Shown here: positions 1 through 11,638 of the stretch, one piece after another
Layout of the letters: each line of letters begins with the position of its first letter
How positions within the stretch are numbered: position 1 is the first letter of the stretch
Source: Nemertoderma westbladi
Lineage: Eukaryota; Animalia; Xenacoelomorpha
Direction of reading: 5' to 3'
DNA: 64,000 bases
Assembly (NCBI GenBank): GCA_032718475.1
Contig: JAUCBJ010000795.1
Coordinates: 24,110-88,109, forward strand
Position numbers and translations under genes: made by a program
The notes under the pieces: model-generated
What the model saw: the letters and a program-made list of their open reading frames with translations, nothing else
Database searches by the model: none
Told to the model about the DNA's origin: nothing

Positions 1-1
1 T

Positions 2-361
2 AATTAAGTTTGAATTAACATTATCATCGGGATTAATAGAACTAAATATGTTGCCAGTAGCTTTATAATCAGAATCTGAAATGTCCTCGCTATTTTCAGA
101 ACAGAATATATCAAGGTCATCATTAGATACAGGGTAAAAAGGAAATATACCTGCGTAACAAAAATTACAAAAATGTATTAGATTGTTCCCAGAGTTATTT
201 GAAAAATCCTGGGCATCTAAGAATGAACCACATTGTCGATGGTAGTGCGTATTGCATAAGTTACAGAGGAATACTAGATCAAAATGATAAAATTTAGAAA
301 AACAGAAACCACAATTACAGTCAACACGGTCAGGGGGTGGGTTGTATCGCTGGCCGGACAT
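2..361 (-). CDS. N-terminus of CR1-type LINE ORF2 with a PHD finger; runs off the window start
   Basis: Manual translation from ATG 361: MSGQRYNPPPDRVDCNCGFC..LCNLCNTHYHRQC..HFCNFCYAGIFPF.. gives C4HC3 spacing followed by IFPF, as in the PHD that precedes the endonuclease in invertebrate CR1-clade ORF2. Open to the window edge and downstream of ORF1 on the same strand. Confidence 0.75.
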   Translation of the reverse strand, partial: MSGQRYNPPPDRVDCNCGFCFSKFYHFDLVFLCNLCNTHYHRQCGSFLDAQDFSNNSGNNLIHFCNFCYAGIFPFYPVSNDDLDIFCSENSEDISDSDYKATGNIFSSINPDDNVNSNLI

Positions 362-790
362 GCAATTTGTACAGGGACTTACTTGCCTAGACTAGGAGGA
401 CTTCGGTGTTTAGATTAGGTTCCCCAGCAGATTGGTAGGTAATAAACATTATTACCTTAATAATAGGTAATCTACTTGGTGGATATCATAAGTTGATAAA
501 TGGTTCGGTATTAAAGAAGAAAATGATATGAAAATATGATAGGAAATGTTATAATGAGATGATATAAAGAAATGTATTAATAATTCGATATACCAAATAA
601 TATAACCAAGAAATATGATTAGTAAAGTTTATGAATAAGAATAATTTGACCGGGAACTTACATAAAATAAACTGAAATAAATGGTATGGGCTCCCTACCA
701 GTCACCGAATAATTTGAATTTCTTTCATTCTGAAATGTTTATGAAGCTTTATAGTTTTATCTTTGTTAATGGTACGAGAAAATTAGGAAA

Positions 791-1705
791 CTACTCGGAG
801 GGCTCCTCTTCTTCGACCACAGCTATAGGCGAGTAGTAGGATCCCGGCATCCGACCATTGGAGGTGGGGACAATGGGACGAGCGGGAGTGTTGGTCGAGG
901 GAACAGTGGGCCCAGTCGGGGAAGTGGAGGGGTTCCCGAGTAGCGAATCTACGGGAGCAGAGCTGGCAGGAGGTGGAAGGAAGAGGCAATTTACATCTCG
1001 ATCAGTCCCGATACGCATCGGCTTGTCTCCATTGCAGACGCGGGCAAATACGACGCCGTTGCGGGTATAAAACGAGTGGATTCGTGCCGCGCGATGTAGA
1101 GCGCGCAGCGATTTAACGAGCAGTGCACGACTCGCAATAAGGTGTTCAGTGATCGCGATCGGCTTAGCGAGATTCTTTTTATTCTGGAGAGCGCAGACGC
1201 GCTGACTGTGTCCGTAGCACCGGATGATCATGGTGCGGGCGCGGGGTTTAAGAGGTTTAGATCCATTAACCGAGTTCGGAGGGCGGACCGCGTTTCCTAA
1301 TCGGTGGAAGACGTCAACGTCGTTGATCGACAATTTAAGTGGAGTAAGAACATCTGCGATGAGACTGGCCCTCTCGTTGGCGGAGTTGTTCTCCTCCGGT
1401 AGGTTGTGGACCAGGATGTTGTGACGGCGTTGGTAGACCTGCAACTCCTCATTTTCTACTAGGAGCGTGGTATTCTTTCGTTGAAATGACTCATTGTGCT
1501 TAATAAGGATCGCGTTATCAGACTCTAGATTGGAAATACGAGCAGTATTAGTTACGATTGCCTGACGTGCCTCCTTGAGTTCGTATCTAAACTCATCCTG
1601 TAGCTCACGGAGCTCCCTGATTTCCTTCTGCAGCTCATCTTGGCCTGCGTGTAGGTCGTCCAGGCGGCGGAGGATTGCCTCACCAACATCCTTCCAGTTG
1701 GGCAT
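791..1705 (-). CDS. Non-LTR retrotransposon (CR1/L2-type) ORF1: coiled coil, RRM-like domain and CTD
   Basis: 304 aa with a heptad-rich N-terminus, then NILVHNLPE..FHRLG..RTMIIR..ITEHL..YTRNGVVF, motifs typical of L1-like (transposase_22) ORF1p. Confidence 0.85.
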   Translation of the reverse strand: MPNWKDVGEAILRRLDDLHAGQDELQKEIRELRELQDEFRYELKEARQAIVTNTARISNLESDNAILIKHNESFQRKNTTLLVENEELQVYQRRHNILVHNLPEENNSANERASLIADVLTPLKLSINDVDVFHRLGNAVRPPNSVNGSKPLKPRARTMIIRCYGHSQRVCALQNKKNLAKPIAITEHLIASRALLVKSLRALHRAARIHSFYTRNGVVFARVCNGDKPMRIGTDRDVNCLFLPPPASSAPVDSLLGNPSTSPTGPTVPSTNTPARPIVPTSNGRMPGSYYSPIAVVEEEEPSE

Positions 1706-2022
1706 TCCGGACGGGGAGATTTGGAATATTAGCGAGTGATTAAAATATCGATAACGCTGTCTACCGGGGTAGTTTCTCGGTCTGAGTAAAAGTCCACTAG
1801 TCAGGCGAGCAGTACTAAGTATGCATTAGGACAGCACAGTACAGTATCAATAACACTTTCACGTTTATTATTAGATTCGATTCGATTATAGAGTTTGTAA
1901 TAATAATAAATGAATTGTTGTGGGGTGAGTGACGGTTAATTTAAATATATAATGTAATAAATATGACAATATGATAATGCTCTCCATAGCGAAAAATGTA
2001 AACCGTCCCTACTGGGGCTCGA

Positions 2023-2066
2023 ACCCGGTACCTAGGTTTCAAACTTCCGGTTATCATCGGCCGGGT
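2023..2066 (-). ncRNA. Hammerhead motif copy with a mutated core (CCGATGA)
   Basis: Same layout as 2169-2214 but with a U4-to-C change; probably inactive. Confidence 0.6.
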
Positions 2067-2168
2067 GTGTTTTGCTTTGTTGTACTTTCCTTTTAGTGAT
2101 TAGTTGGCCTAAATATGATATTCCACTCCATAGCGAAATCTTCATCCGATCTGGTAGCTCAGTACGCA

Positions 2169-2214
2169 AACCCGGCTGATGATAACCGGAAGTTTGAAAC
2201 CTAGGTACCGGGTT
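2169..2214 (+). ncRNA. Minimal type I hammerhead ribozyme motif
   Basis: AACCCGG-CTGATGA-TAAC CGGAA GTTT-GAAA-C CTAG G-TA-CCGGGTT: 7-bp stem I, canonical core, short stem II, 1-bp stem III with a palindromic CTAG loop, and a GUA cleavage triplet (cut after 2207). Confidence 0.75.
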
Positions 2215-2448
2215 CGAGCCCCAATAGGGTCGGTTGATATTTTTCGCTATGGAGAGCATTATCATATTGTCCTATTTATTAGATTATAGAGTTTGATCCA
2301 GTAGCTCTCAACGCAGTGTAACCACTACACCCCGGTTCAGGAGGTTAAGTAGTCGTCCCGCCGACGTTTAAATACCAAGATAGTGCAATCAGATAGATCA
2401 CGAACAGCATGTGGGATCATATTAAACAGTCGTGGTCCTTAAACATAA

Positions 2449-4560
2449 TAATAATAATAATAAATGATATTTGTATTTGGTGTTGCAGGCGCCCTTAGGG
2501 AGTATTTACACTCTTATCAGGGCGCCTGCAGCTGCCGCACTAATCTAATTTACAATTACCGGTAAACAAAAGGGTTTTCAGTTCGCGTCTAAATGAGTCA
2601 TAGGTCATCATGGATTCAGTTGATCGGGTCGATGGCGGTAGTTTATTCCACAAACGAGGGGCAAACGAGTAGAAGCTCTTCGATGCTAGGGTGTTTTTCA
2701 CAAGTGGGACAGAAAGCTTTGAGAGATTGCTGGATCGCAACGTACGGGTATCCTCAAGGATAGATATTTCATTGCGCAAATAAGTCGGGGCAGTCCCGGA
2801 CAGACATTTAAATGTGATACAAGCAAGCTTATAATTAATCCGTGATTCAATGGGCAGCCAGTGAAGGGATTTCAGCATTGCCGTTGCCGAGGTGTACTTG
2901 TATTGTCCATTGATAACACAATATCGCGGAGAATGAGTAACCAATCTTGCAGCGCTGTTTTGTATCATTTGTAGACGTTTAACTACTGATTTAGCGGATG
3001 TTTTAAGGACAGCGTTTGAATAGTCGATTCTGCTGGTTATGAATGCGTGGACTAGGGTTTCTAGAGCTGAAGTTGTAAGGTAAGCCCGAATTTTATACAA
3101 AGACCGGATATAATATTTCGATTTCGCTGCTGTTGCTACTATCTGATCTTTAAATTTCAATTCACTATCAAACACAACTCCGAGAGATTTAACCTTATCA
3201 GAGAAATCTATCTTAACGTTTCTGTATACAATTGTTCTGGCATTCAGAGGTATCTTCATTCTTTGTTGTTTCGTGCCATATACAATCAGTTCAGTTTTAT
3301 CTGGGTTAATTTGTAGGTGATTAACGTCCATCCAATCAGCAACAATATGTAGCACAGCAGTGATACGAGTCTTCAGGGTCTCTATATCTTCAGCATATCC
3401 AGTCACAAAGAATTGTGTGTCATCAGCATAGTTGCACCTTTCACTCCTAATGCATCCACACGCCAGAACAGGTCAGTCATATACGCATTATAAAGTGCTG
3501 GCCCAAGGATACTTCCCTGAGGCACGCCGGTTTAAAGCAATGTTTTATCAGATGTACTCTCATCAATTTTCACGCATTGTTGTCTGTCAGATAAATAGGA
3601 CTCAAAGAGATTAAGTGCAGCACCAGTGAACCCAAATTCTTTACTGAGCTTAAATATAAGGTTTTTGTGATGGACAGTGTCGAACGCCGCACTCAAATCA
3701 ATATAGGAGCACAAAGTAACTTGTTGATTTTCTATTCCCTTAAGAAATTTATTTAGAAGAAATAGATTAGCAGTTTCAGTGGAATGGTGCCGTCTGTAAC
3801 CAGACTGTGTCTGGTGAAAAGCTAGCTGTGGTGTAGCTCTATAAAGTATCACTTTCTCAACTACCTTAGATAAGAAACTAAGGTTTGACACTGGTCGATA
3901 ATTTTTTAATATCTCAGCATCCAACTCCGGTTTCTTTAAGAGAGGTCTTACGATAGACAGTTTAAGAAAGGCTGGGAATTCCGCATCTGCTAAAACCATG
4001 TTTATATACATCGTTAAGGGCTGAATAACAACGGGAATTACTGATTTAAATAAAGGCGTTGGCATACAGTCCAGTTCGCAAGTTGCATTTGACATCTTCC
4101 TTATGAGTTGAGCTAAGTCTTCCTCTTGAAAAGGCTGAAATTCACAAAAGTCTGTTTTATACAATTATTACATCGACTGCTCGTATTGAATGTCAACATA
4201 ATAGTGTTAATTTTTTCAGTGAAAAAATGTGAGAACTTTGTTGCTAACTCAGCACTATTGCCATGCTTAGTCGGTAAAACAAGGTTTCCTCCCTTTCCCA
4301 ATAACCTTTTAAACTGTTTCCACAGAAGTTTTGAGTTAGTCGAATTGGTATTAATATAATCGCAGTAAAACGCCCTTGTAGAATCGCGAAGCAATTTCGC
4401 TAGGTCCGACTTTGCTATATTTAAATTAACTTTGTTCTGCTCAGTCAGTTCTTTGTGAAACGCAAGTTCACACCGTCTCTTCTTCTTCCGTTTAGTCTGG
4501 ATCCCCTCCATATCTTCCTCCCTGATTTTCGAGTGTTTAGTGTTGATCTTTACAATCTTC
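2449..4560 (-). mobile_element. 5'-truncated, frameshifted L2-clade LINE (RT plus C-terminus)
   Basis: ORF pieces 4113-4511, 3532-4164 (NYRPVSNLSFLSKVVEK, DLSAAFDTV), YADDTQ at ~3410-3432, and 2540-3406 (LKSLHWLPIESRINYKL). 3' stem-loop tgcaggcgccct..agggcgcctgca at ~2484-2530 and a (TTA)n tail. Confidence 0.9.
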
Positions 4561-4713
4561 TCGCAGAAGCTATTATTGTAGAGAGATATAATGCGGCCGA
4601 TATTTAGGAGACTGGGTATTACACGAAAAGTTAAAAAATAATTCCGAAAATTACACGTTTATTAGATTTAATTATTAGATGTCGATTTTATCGTTGATGA
4701 GGAATTCGTTAGA

Positions 4714-5076
4714 TTGGGCACCACGCAGCAAACTTCGCCCACGTCCAATCTTCGCCGGAGCAATATTCGCCCTCAAAATGAGCAACTATCACCTGGCGGA
4801 AACCTTCGCCCGCATGCAATCTTTACCCACTAAACAATTACTGTTTTGGTTAGAAAAGCCGTCTCTGTAACCTGCTCCTTTCCCTCAATTAGTAACAACA
4901 TCGTTTATTGTTTTGGTTAGAAAACCCCGTCTAAAAACCCGTTTATTTTCAGCCTGCTGCATTCCCTCAATTGGTAACTAAAATGGTTACTAACACAAAT
5001 CTTATTGGGCGAAGATTGCCTTGCGGGCGAAGGTTACCCCCGGTGAAGGTTCGACGCGGCCAAAGGGTGCACCCAA
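4714..5076. mobile_element. MITE-like element with imperfect TIRs and subterminal cttcgccc/gggcgaag repeats
   Basis: Left ttgggcacc.. with repeated cttcgccc; right repeated gggcgaag..ggtgcacccaa. Confidence 0.55.
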
Positions 5077-5079
5077 CCG

Positions 5080-5160
5080 AACCATACGCTCTCGGATTTT
5101 CCAAACATATGTAATGATATAGCGTTCACGCCTTCTTTCTAAATATAATAATGGTGTAAG
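5080..5160 (-). mobile_element. Short CR1 ORF2 C-terminal relic
   Basis: LYLERRRERYIITYVWKI resembles the CR1 C-terminal motif. Confidence 0.5.
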
Positions 5161-5598
5161 GGAACTCCTCCAGTAAAGGTCACTAGAGGGACATCTTTCG
5201 TCGGGTGTGTGAGATATTTGAAAGACCATTATCCGATCCCTTAGGCGCTTCCCTAGTACAACTGTCGAATGTCTACCTCCCTACCCACGCGACTTCCGGT
5301 TTCGCTCAGGGAACCTGCTGTCGGTCAACCAGTGGCCTGTCGAGGATATGTGTTAGACCCCGGAATCAGTGTAACAAATAAGAGGGTTGAAAAGATAAGA
5401 ACCTAATCCACCAATGTTTTCTCTTTGGATACCATACCCGCACTTTGGATCTCGAGAGTCTAGAAATTCTTCGCTGGCCTTGAATCTGGACGCACTTAAA
5501 TCCAGGGGTTCGTAGGTCTAATAAGTCGAGTCGTTCTAAACGCGAATATATAATTATTGCAAATACCTTTCAAAGAAACCTGAATGTAAATATATTAG

Positions 5599-5896
5599 TA
5601 GGGATGTGAGTCAGAAAATGTTTGGAAATTTCCGGAAATTTCCTATAATCTTTCCGGAAATTTCCTCTTTTACTTTTACTTTTACTTTTACTCTTTTAAT
5701 TTATTTAGCACATTCTGAAAACATATAGTAAAACACAAGTAGAGTAAACATTACTAGTAAACAGTAGAAACATAAGGGATTCTTAGATGTGTTTAGGTGG
5801 TTCGTTGTCTTGTCTCTTGTGGTCGTAACTACGGATGAAATATACTTTTCCGGAAATTTCCTTGAATAACATAATTCAGGAAATCTCACATCCATA
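5599..5896. mobile_element. hAT-type MITE
   Basis: TIR tagggatgtgag / ctcacatccata, subterminal ttccggaaattt repeats, and an 8-bp TSD tatattag / tatattaa (7 of 8 match). Confidence 0.65.
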
Positions 5897-8726
5897 TATA
5901 TTAAACGTGGAAATTAGAAATTTGAAGCATGTTCCTGTTTATATCGGTATAAAAACATCTGATCAAAAAATGCAAGAAACGAAAGTTAAAAAAATACAAT
6001 TTCATAGGATACAAAAATATTTACTGTTTTTCACACGAACTTTTTGTTTTGCATTTAGGCCTATTTTGGGAAAAATAAGTGGTAAATTCAAAATAGCTAT
6101 GTTCGGTTTCACTTCGGTTCCGGTTCGGCTCCTCCGTAGTTCGGCCGATCTTTATATTTGGGATCGTGGTGGGGTGGGGGGCCTGGGGCCTCGGCCCCTC
6201 CCCCCCCCCCCCCCCCCCCCCCCCATTCCTAAATACGGCCCTGCCTATTCATGGACGAACAGCTATTACTAACTGTGGCAAATATGTAACCTCACCAGGG
6301 CTACTCTCTCCAGAAAGAGAATTCAATTTTATTACTCAAGTAATGGAGCCGCAAAAATACCACTGACAGGTTTATTTTCAATTACTTAACTTATGTACTA
6401 AAATAAAATAAACGAGAGAAATTAAACCCCAATGAACCCTAATCCGGCCTGCCTTGGTTAAACTTTCACCAAAGCCCTATTCTGAGTTAGAACCCCCACT
6501 GCATCGGTCCCAAAACATGCCCTGTACTTCCCTTTTATAAGTAGAAACTCCCTCATTCTGTCATCATCCACTAGTTCCCAACACGCGTGCTACACCATAG
6601 CGCGGTCTGTCATACTAGCTGTAGGCTAGTGGGTACCGGTACTGCATAAGCAGTAGATAATTAACGCAGTCAGATTAGCGAACTGATCATAATATTAAAG
6701 CTAAAATCAGTCTTTCACGGTACAATTACTGCATTATTATAGCGAAAAGTATAAAACAAAGCAGAATCAAAGATTACAGCAACATTCAACAACAAAATCA
6801 CATGACTTACTTCAAAGTAAATTATTATACTACTACTACTACTAGGTCGAGCGAACTCGGACATTAGGCCTATTATTATATAAATAATTAATTAATAAAT
6901 AGAATTAAATTATATAAATAAATAAGAATAACAACAATAAGCAAGAAGAATGAGTCACCAATAGTAAAGCAAAATCCTACTTTCATTGGACCTCCCTAAA
7001 TAGCTAAACCAATGAAAAAGCCGGATTATTGCCCTACTCGCTACTTTTCGCCTAGTGTTATTAACGTACCATATATGGATATGAAAGTGCTCTTTTGGGC
7101 TTCTAATAGACCCCTATACGAGCCATTTACGCAACAGTAAATTATTATAAAGGGATTAGTGTGGCTATACATTTTACTACCAAATTCTGTCGTGGTGGCA
7201 TTTGGCATTCCTATTAAATATACACCGTAAATACACTGTGCATAAATACTACTCCTCCATTTCTTAACCATTTTTTGAAATTTTTTCTTCATATGAAAGG
7301 TAATTTCATAAGATAATTCGATAATTATTACGATTTTATATGAATACTAAGTACGTACTGTATAGCTTAAATTTCCTTCCAAATAGCACTAATATATTTC
7401 ATATATAACAAAAACGTAAAAAATTCGGGGCTGTTTCTTAATTTCTAAATAATGGGCAATTACCAACGAAATGCGTACATACAATTAATTGCCTAGGCAT
7501 TTTAACACACGTAGAGGACTAAAATTGCCATTTATAATGAGCAGATCATTTTTAAATATTTTCCAATGGATTCAGCGCCCCAGAAAACCTGTATTGAAAA
7601 AAGATTAACCGAAAATTTCAAATTTTTGGAAAATTGTTCTGCTTGAAATTTTGGTGCTACAAATAACAACCCCAGTAGAATTTTTCGAAATTTTTTATTT
7701 TCGGTCGGATTCATACTAGTGAAATTAAAATCTAAATATAATTTTAGTTCGGTGGTGTAGGCCTACTTCCTTCATGTCAGACACTATTAACCAACCAGAC
7801 CCCATACAGTTAATTTTGTGCGGGAAGGTTTGAATTTTGAGGTGATTATCTCAGCTAGAATGACATTTTTTCGTACGAAAAATACTACTCCTCCATTTCT
7901 TAACCATTTTTTGCAATTTTTTCTTCATATGAAAGGTAATTTCATAAGCTTTAACAAATTCTCCATATTTTGAATGAAAAATTAGAAATAACATGGGTTT
8001 TTTCAGTTTTTAAAAAATTTCGAATTTTTTTTCAAAATTGCCAATTATCAGAAATAGAAAACGAAAATACAAAAAGTGCATGAAAAATATGATGTAAATG
8101 AACTGCTGGTTCCAGAAAATGTGGTATCGGAAAATAAAAATGGAAAATATGAAGGCGTAGGGCCTAGTCTTATTAGTGAAATTTTTAAAATCTTCATTAC
8201 GTGCTGCGCGAAGGCCCCACTTCTATAAATAGTTTGTGCTCATTGTTTATAGAGTAAAGAAATATAAAGTATATCGATATCGCCGATATCACCGATAACA
8301 AAATTTATAAGTTCCGTGTTTATAGACTGAAGTTTAGCTTTGTTGGCCCTGGAATGTCATTGTCTCGTTTCCAATTCCGTATTCACATTGGTGGTTCCAT
8401 CTGTAACGGCATTGTGGAAGTGTCTGTGACTTCCACCACAACCACACATCGACTATATTCATCTTGTTTATGCGACAATTCATCATTTAGCGATGCGATA
8501 TAATTTGCGAAGGGAGATGAGCGATAGTCGCTATCTATGCTGTGTCTCTTTCGTCGATCTCTTGGTGTTTCTCTGTCTAAAGTTTGAATTTTCGGGATTT
8601 GGTAGGCCTTTTACTTCTTCTATATTATTTTAAGTATTTTACTGCAATCGTTTATATTATATCAGAAAAATATTAATATATATAAATTATTTTTATTACA
8701 ATTTATTTAAATATAATATATTATAA

Positions 8727-9990
8727 ACTACTACTAGGTCGAGCGAACTCGGACAGTGGAAATGAGATCCTTCCAGGCTTCCCGATTCTCCAACTACTAC
8801 TAGGTCGAGCGAACTCGGACAGTGGAAATGAGATCCTTCCAGGCTTCCCGATTCTCCATAGTTGTCGCAATTGCGTTTCTCCCAAGTTCAGTATCCCTTT
8901 CAAGTTGATCTATATATGTTATAGCCAGTCGTCCACGACTACGCTTTCCATGTGTTGGTTGCCAGACAAGTAGATCTGGTATGACCTCGTCTTTACTTCG
9001 CCAACAGTGCCCACTGAATCTTAATCTGCGTTAACGGGTGGTGGTTGATACAGGTGGTATTGTGTACCATAAATCTCGGCGTTTGTCATGTTTTGTCTCC
9101 AGCTGACGTTTAGGGCAGCGCCATTAGTAGTCTTGTGTGCAACCATCAATTCGGCATTCAAGTGATTTAGTCAGTGTCCAGGTCTCACCCCCGTATAAAA
9201 ATACTCTTACCACTGTGGCTCCCACTTATGCGTTCTTGTAATGTGAATCCCAGATCTCCACCCTTTGTGGCCGTCCTCATTGAGTAATCAAGTACAATTA
9301 CAAATAGTATTGGTGCTAATGTGTCACCTTGCAGTACGCCAGCCAGGACTGAGAAGAACTCAATTTCACCATCTGATGAGAGTACCTGAGCTTCTGTGTC
9401 ACAATATAATAATCGAATGCAAGCCACAATTACCTCTGGTATTCCATAAGCTCTTAGAATTTCCGGCATTTTACCTCTATGGATTGAGTCGAAGGCCTTC
9501 TTGAAGTCCACAAAAGTCATGACTGCGGGGAGATTCTTTGACTTAATTCCCTCAATCAGTCTCCGTAGCGGAAGTATCTGAGCTATTGTTGATCTATTTT
9601 GTCGAAATCCGTTTTGGCTCTTACGCAGTAGTTTCTCTGTGAGGCCTAATCCTATATAGAATCATTTTGTTATGTATTTTGGCAGCTACCACAAGCAGGC
9701 AGATTTTAGCAGCTACCACAAGCAGACAGATCCCACGATAGTTTGTTGGTATACCGTGGTCTCCTTTCTTGGGGAGGGGCTTTAGTTGACCTTTAGTCCA
9801 AATTGGTGGTGGTTTTTCCCCTTTCAGCATCTGGTTGGAAACATTCAATAATGGTCTGTTTAGCACTCCGGTTTTCCTTACCTTCGCTGGGATTTCATAT
9901 AATCCACTCGCTTTATTATTGGACATGCTTTTAATGCTTCTTTGGAGTTCGACAGGTGTGAAGTCCCCTGTTTCTATAGGTAGTGTTACT
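8727..9990 (-). mobile_element. RTE family 1 fragment, internally deleted (FADD region lost)
   Basis: NYRGICLL, FVDFKKAFDSIHR, GVLQGDTLAP and a (TAG)n tail. Carries a 27-bp ICLLVVAAK duplication and a deletion junction at ~9222. Confidence 0.9.
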
Positions 9991-11446
9991 TTGGCTCTTA
10001 CGCAGAAGTTTCTCTATGTGAGGCAAGCAAAATCCTACTTTCATTGGACCTCACTAAATAGCTAAACCAATGAAAAAGCCGGATTATTGGCCTACTCGCT
10101 ACTTTTCGCCTAGTGTTATTAACGTACCATATATGGATATGAAAGTGCTCTTTTGGGCTTCTAATAGACCCCTACACGAGCGATTTACGTAACAGTAAAT
10201 TATTATAAAGGGATTAGTGTGGCTACACATTTTACTACCAAATTCTGTCGTGGTGGCATTTGGCATTCCTATTAAATATACACCGTAAATACACTGTGCA
10301 TTGGGTATGAATATAAGTATTGTGCCCAAGTAAATGCACCCGAAATGTCCCCTTATTCCTAATATGACCAAATAACTGTTAGTTCTTATACTTCCCCCAT
10401 TTCTTATGATAACTATTACGATTTTATATGAATACTAAGTACGTACTGTATAGCTTAAATTTCCTTCCAAATAGCACTAATATCTTTCATATATAACAAA
10501 AACGTAAAAAATTCGGGGCTGTTTCTTAATTTCTAATTTCTTTTTCTAATTAATTTTCTAATTTATAATTTCTAAATATTCATAACTTTTGTTATGGAAA
10601 TCCATAAAGAATCAAGCGTTGATGGTGCAAAATTACTGCAAAGACTAACGGTTTGTTGGTTTGAATCATTAATTTAATTTAATTCATTAAGGAAATTACC
10701 CTGGGTTGCCAGGGTAATATGTTCTAGAATAACGCAAAAAAATGAAGAGAGCTGCTGAGCTGAAGGTTTAAGAAGACGGTTGAACCGAGCCCGAATATCA
10801 CGTCAGGCAAACGAGACTTACCGCTGCGCCGGTACTTCACTTTCCGTTCACTAGTACCCAAGGTATTGTTCGTGGTAATTTCCTGCACATTTAAGGCCCG
10901 GGTTCTTACCTTGAATCAATCCTCGCGCCCACGCGCTCTGGCCCTTCGCGATTTCAGGTACGGCCCGCCCCCCCTACTCCACTCTGCATACTCCTACTCC
11001 ACTTCCTCTCCACTCCGATTTTCGCGTTTTTAGAATATTCGGTGACGGTTCTATTTAAACACTATTCTGTGAACACTGTAGATATTTTTTTATTATATTT
11101 TAATATTTTACATATATTTATCAACTAAATTAAATTCACCTTGCTAAATTAAGACGTAAACATACAATTGCTATTTTCACTTAATTAACAGCTTTAATTT
11201 CTTTGCATTTCAGTTATTATTTTTTGAAGATTTTGCAGATCTATTTTTAGACATCTTTTATTTAATAACTATCTGAACTGATTACATAATATTAAAGCTA
11301 AAATCAGTCTTTCACGGTACAATTACTGCATTATTATAGCGAAAATTCGTAAAAAATTCGGGGCTGTTTCTTAATTTCTAAATAATGGGCAATTACCAAC
11401 TAAATGCGTACATACAATTGCCTAGGCATTTTAACACACGTAGAGG

Positions 11447-11638
11447 ACTCAATTTCACCATCTGATGAGAGTACCTGAGCTTCTGTGTCACAATATAATA
11501 ATCGAATGCAAGCCACAATTACCTCTGGTATTCCATAAGCTCTTAGAATTTCCGGCATTTTACCTCTATGGATTGAGTCGAAGGCCTTCTTGAAGTCCAC
11601 AAAAGTCATGACTGCGGGGAGATTCTTTGACTTAATTC
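11447..11638 (-). mobile_element. ~190-bp RTE RT piece copied from ~9358-9548
   Basis: Shares the private KMPEIL variant with the 9185 copy; other copies read KMLEIL. Confidence 0.8.

Larger units (their letters stand above)
1898..2281. mobile_element. tRNA-like/hammerhead element (retrozyme or SINE-like); two inverted partial units inserted in the CR1 5' region
   Basis: TSD gattatagagtttg at 1884-1897 and 2282-2295. Minus unit 1898-~2070 ends in a (TTA)n tail; plus unit ~2080-2281. Homologous to 61810-62406. Confidence 0.85.

Noticed and set aside
2145-2235. Functional tRNA gene
   Set aside because: Defective D arm, an expanded anticodon/variable region, and location inside a TSD-flanked repeat.
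5835-6366. Poly-proline ORFs
   Set aside because: They arise from a poly-C tract in a MITE-like end (..tacggccctg).
7041-7292. Multi-copy 83-100 aa gene family (also 10099, 21357, 24330, 27135)
   Set aside because: N-termini differ according to the junction partner and there is no recognisable domain; a by-product of the duplication.
10290-10300. RSS/Transib-like CACAGTG terminus
   Set aside because: Only a heptamer is present; no partner TIR, nonamer or TSD was found.
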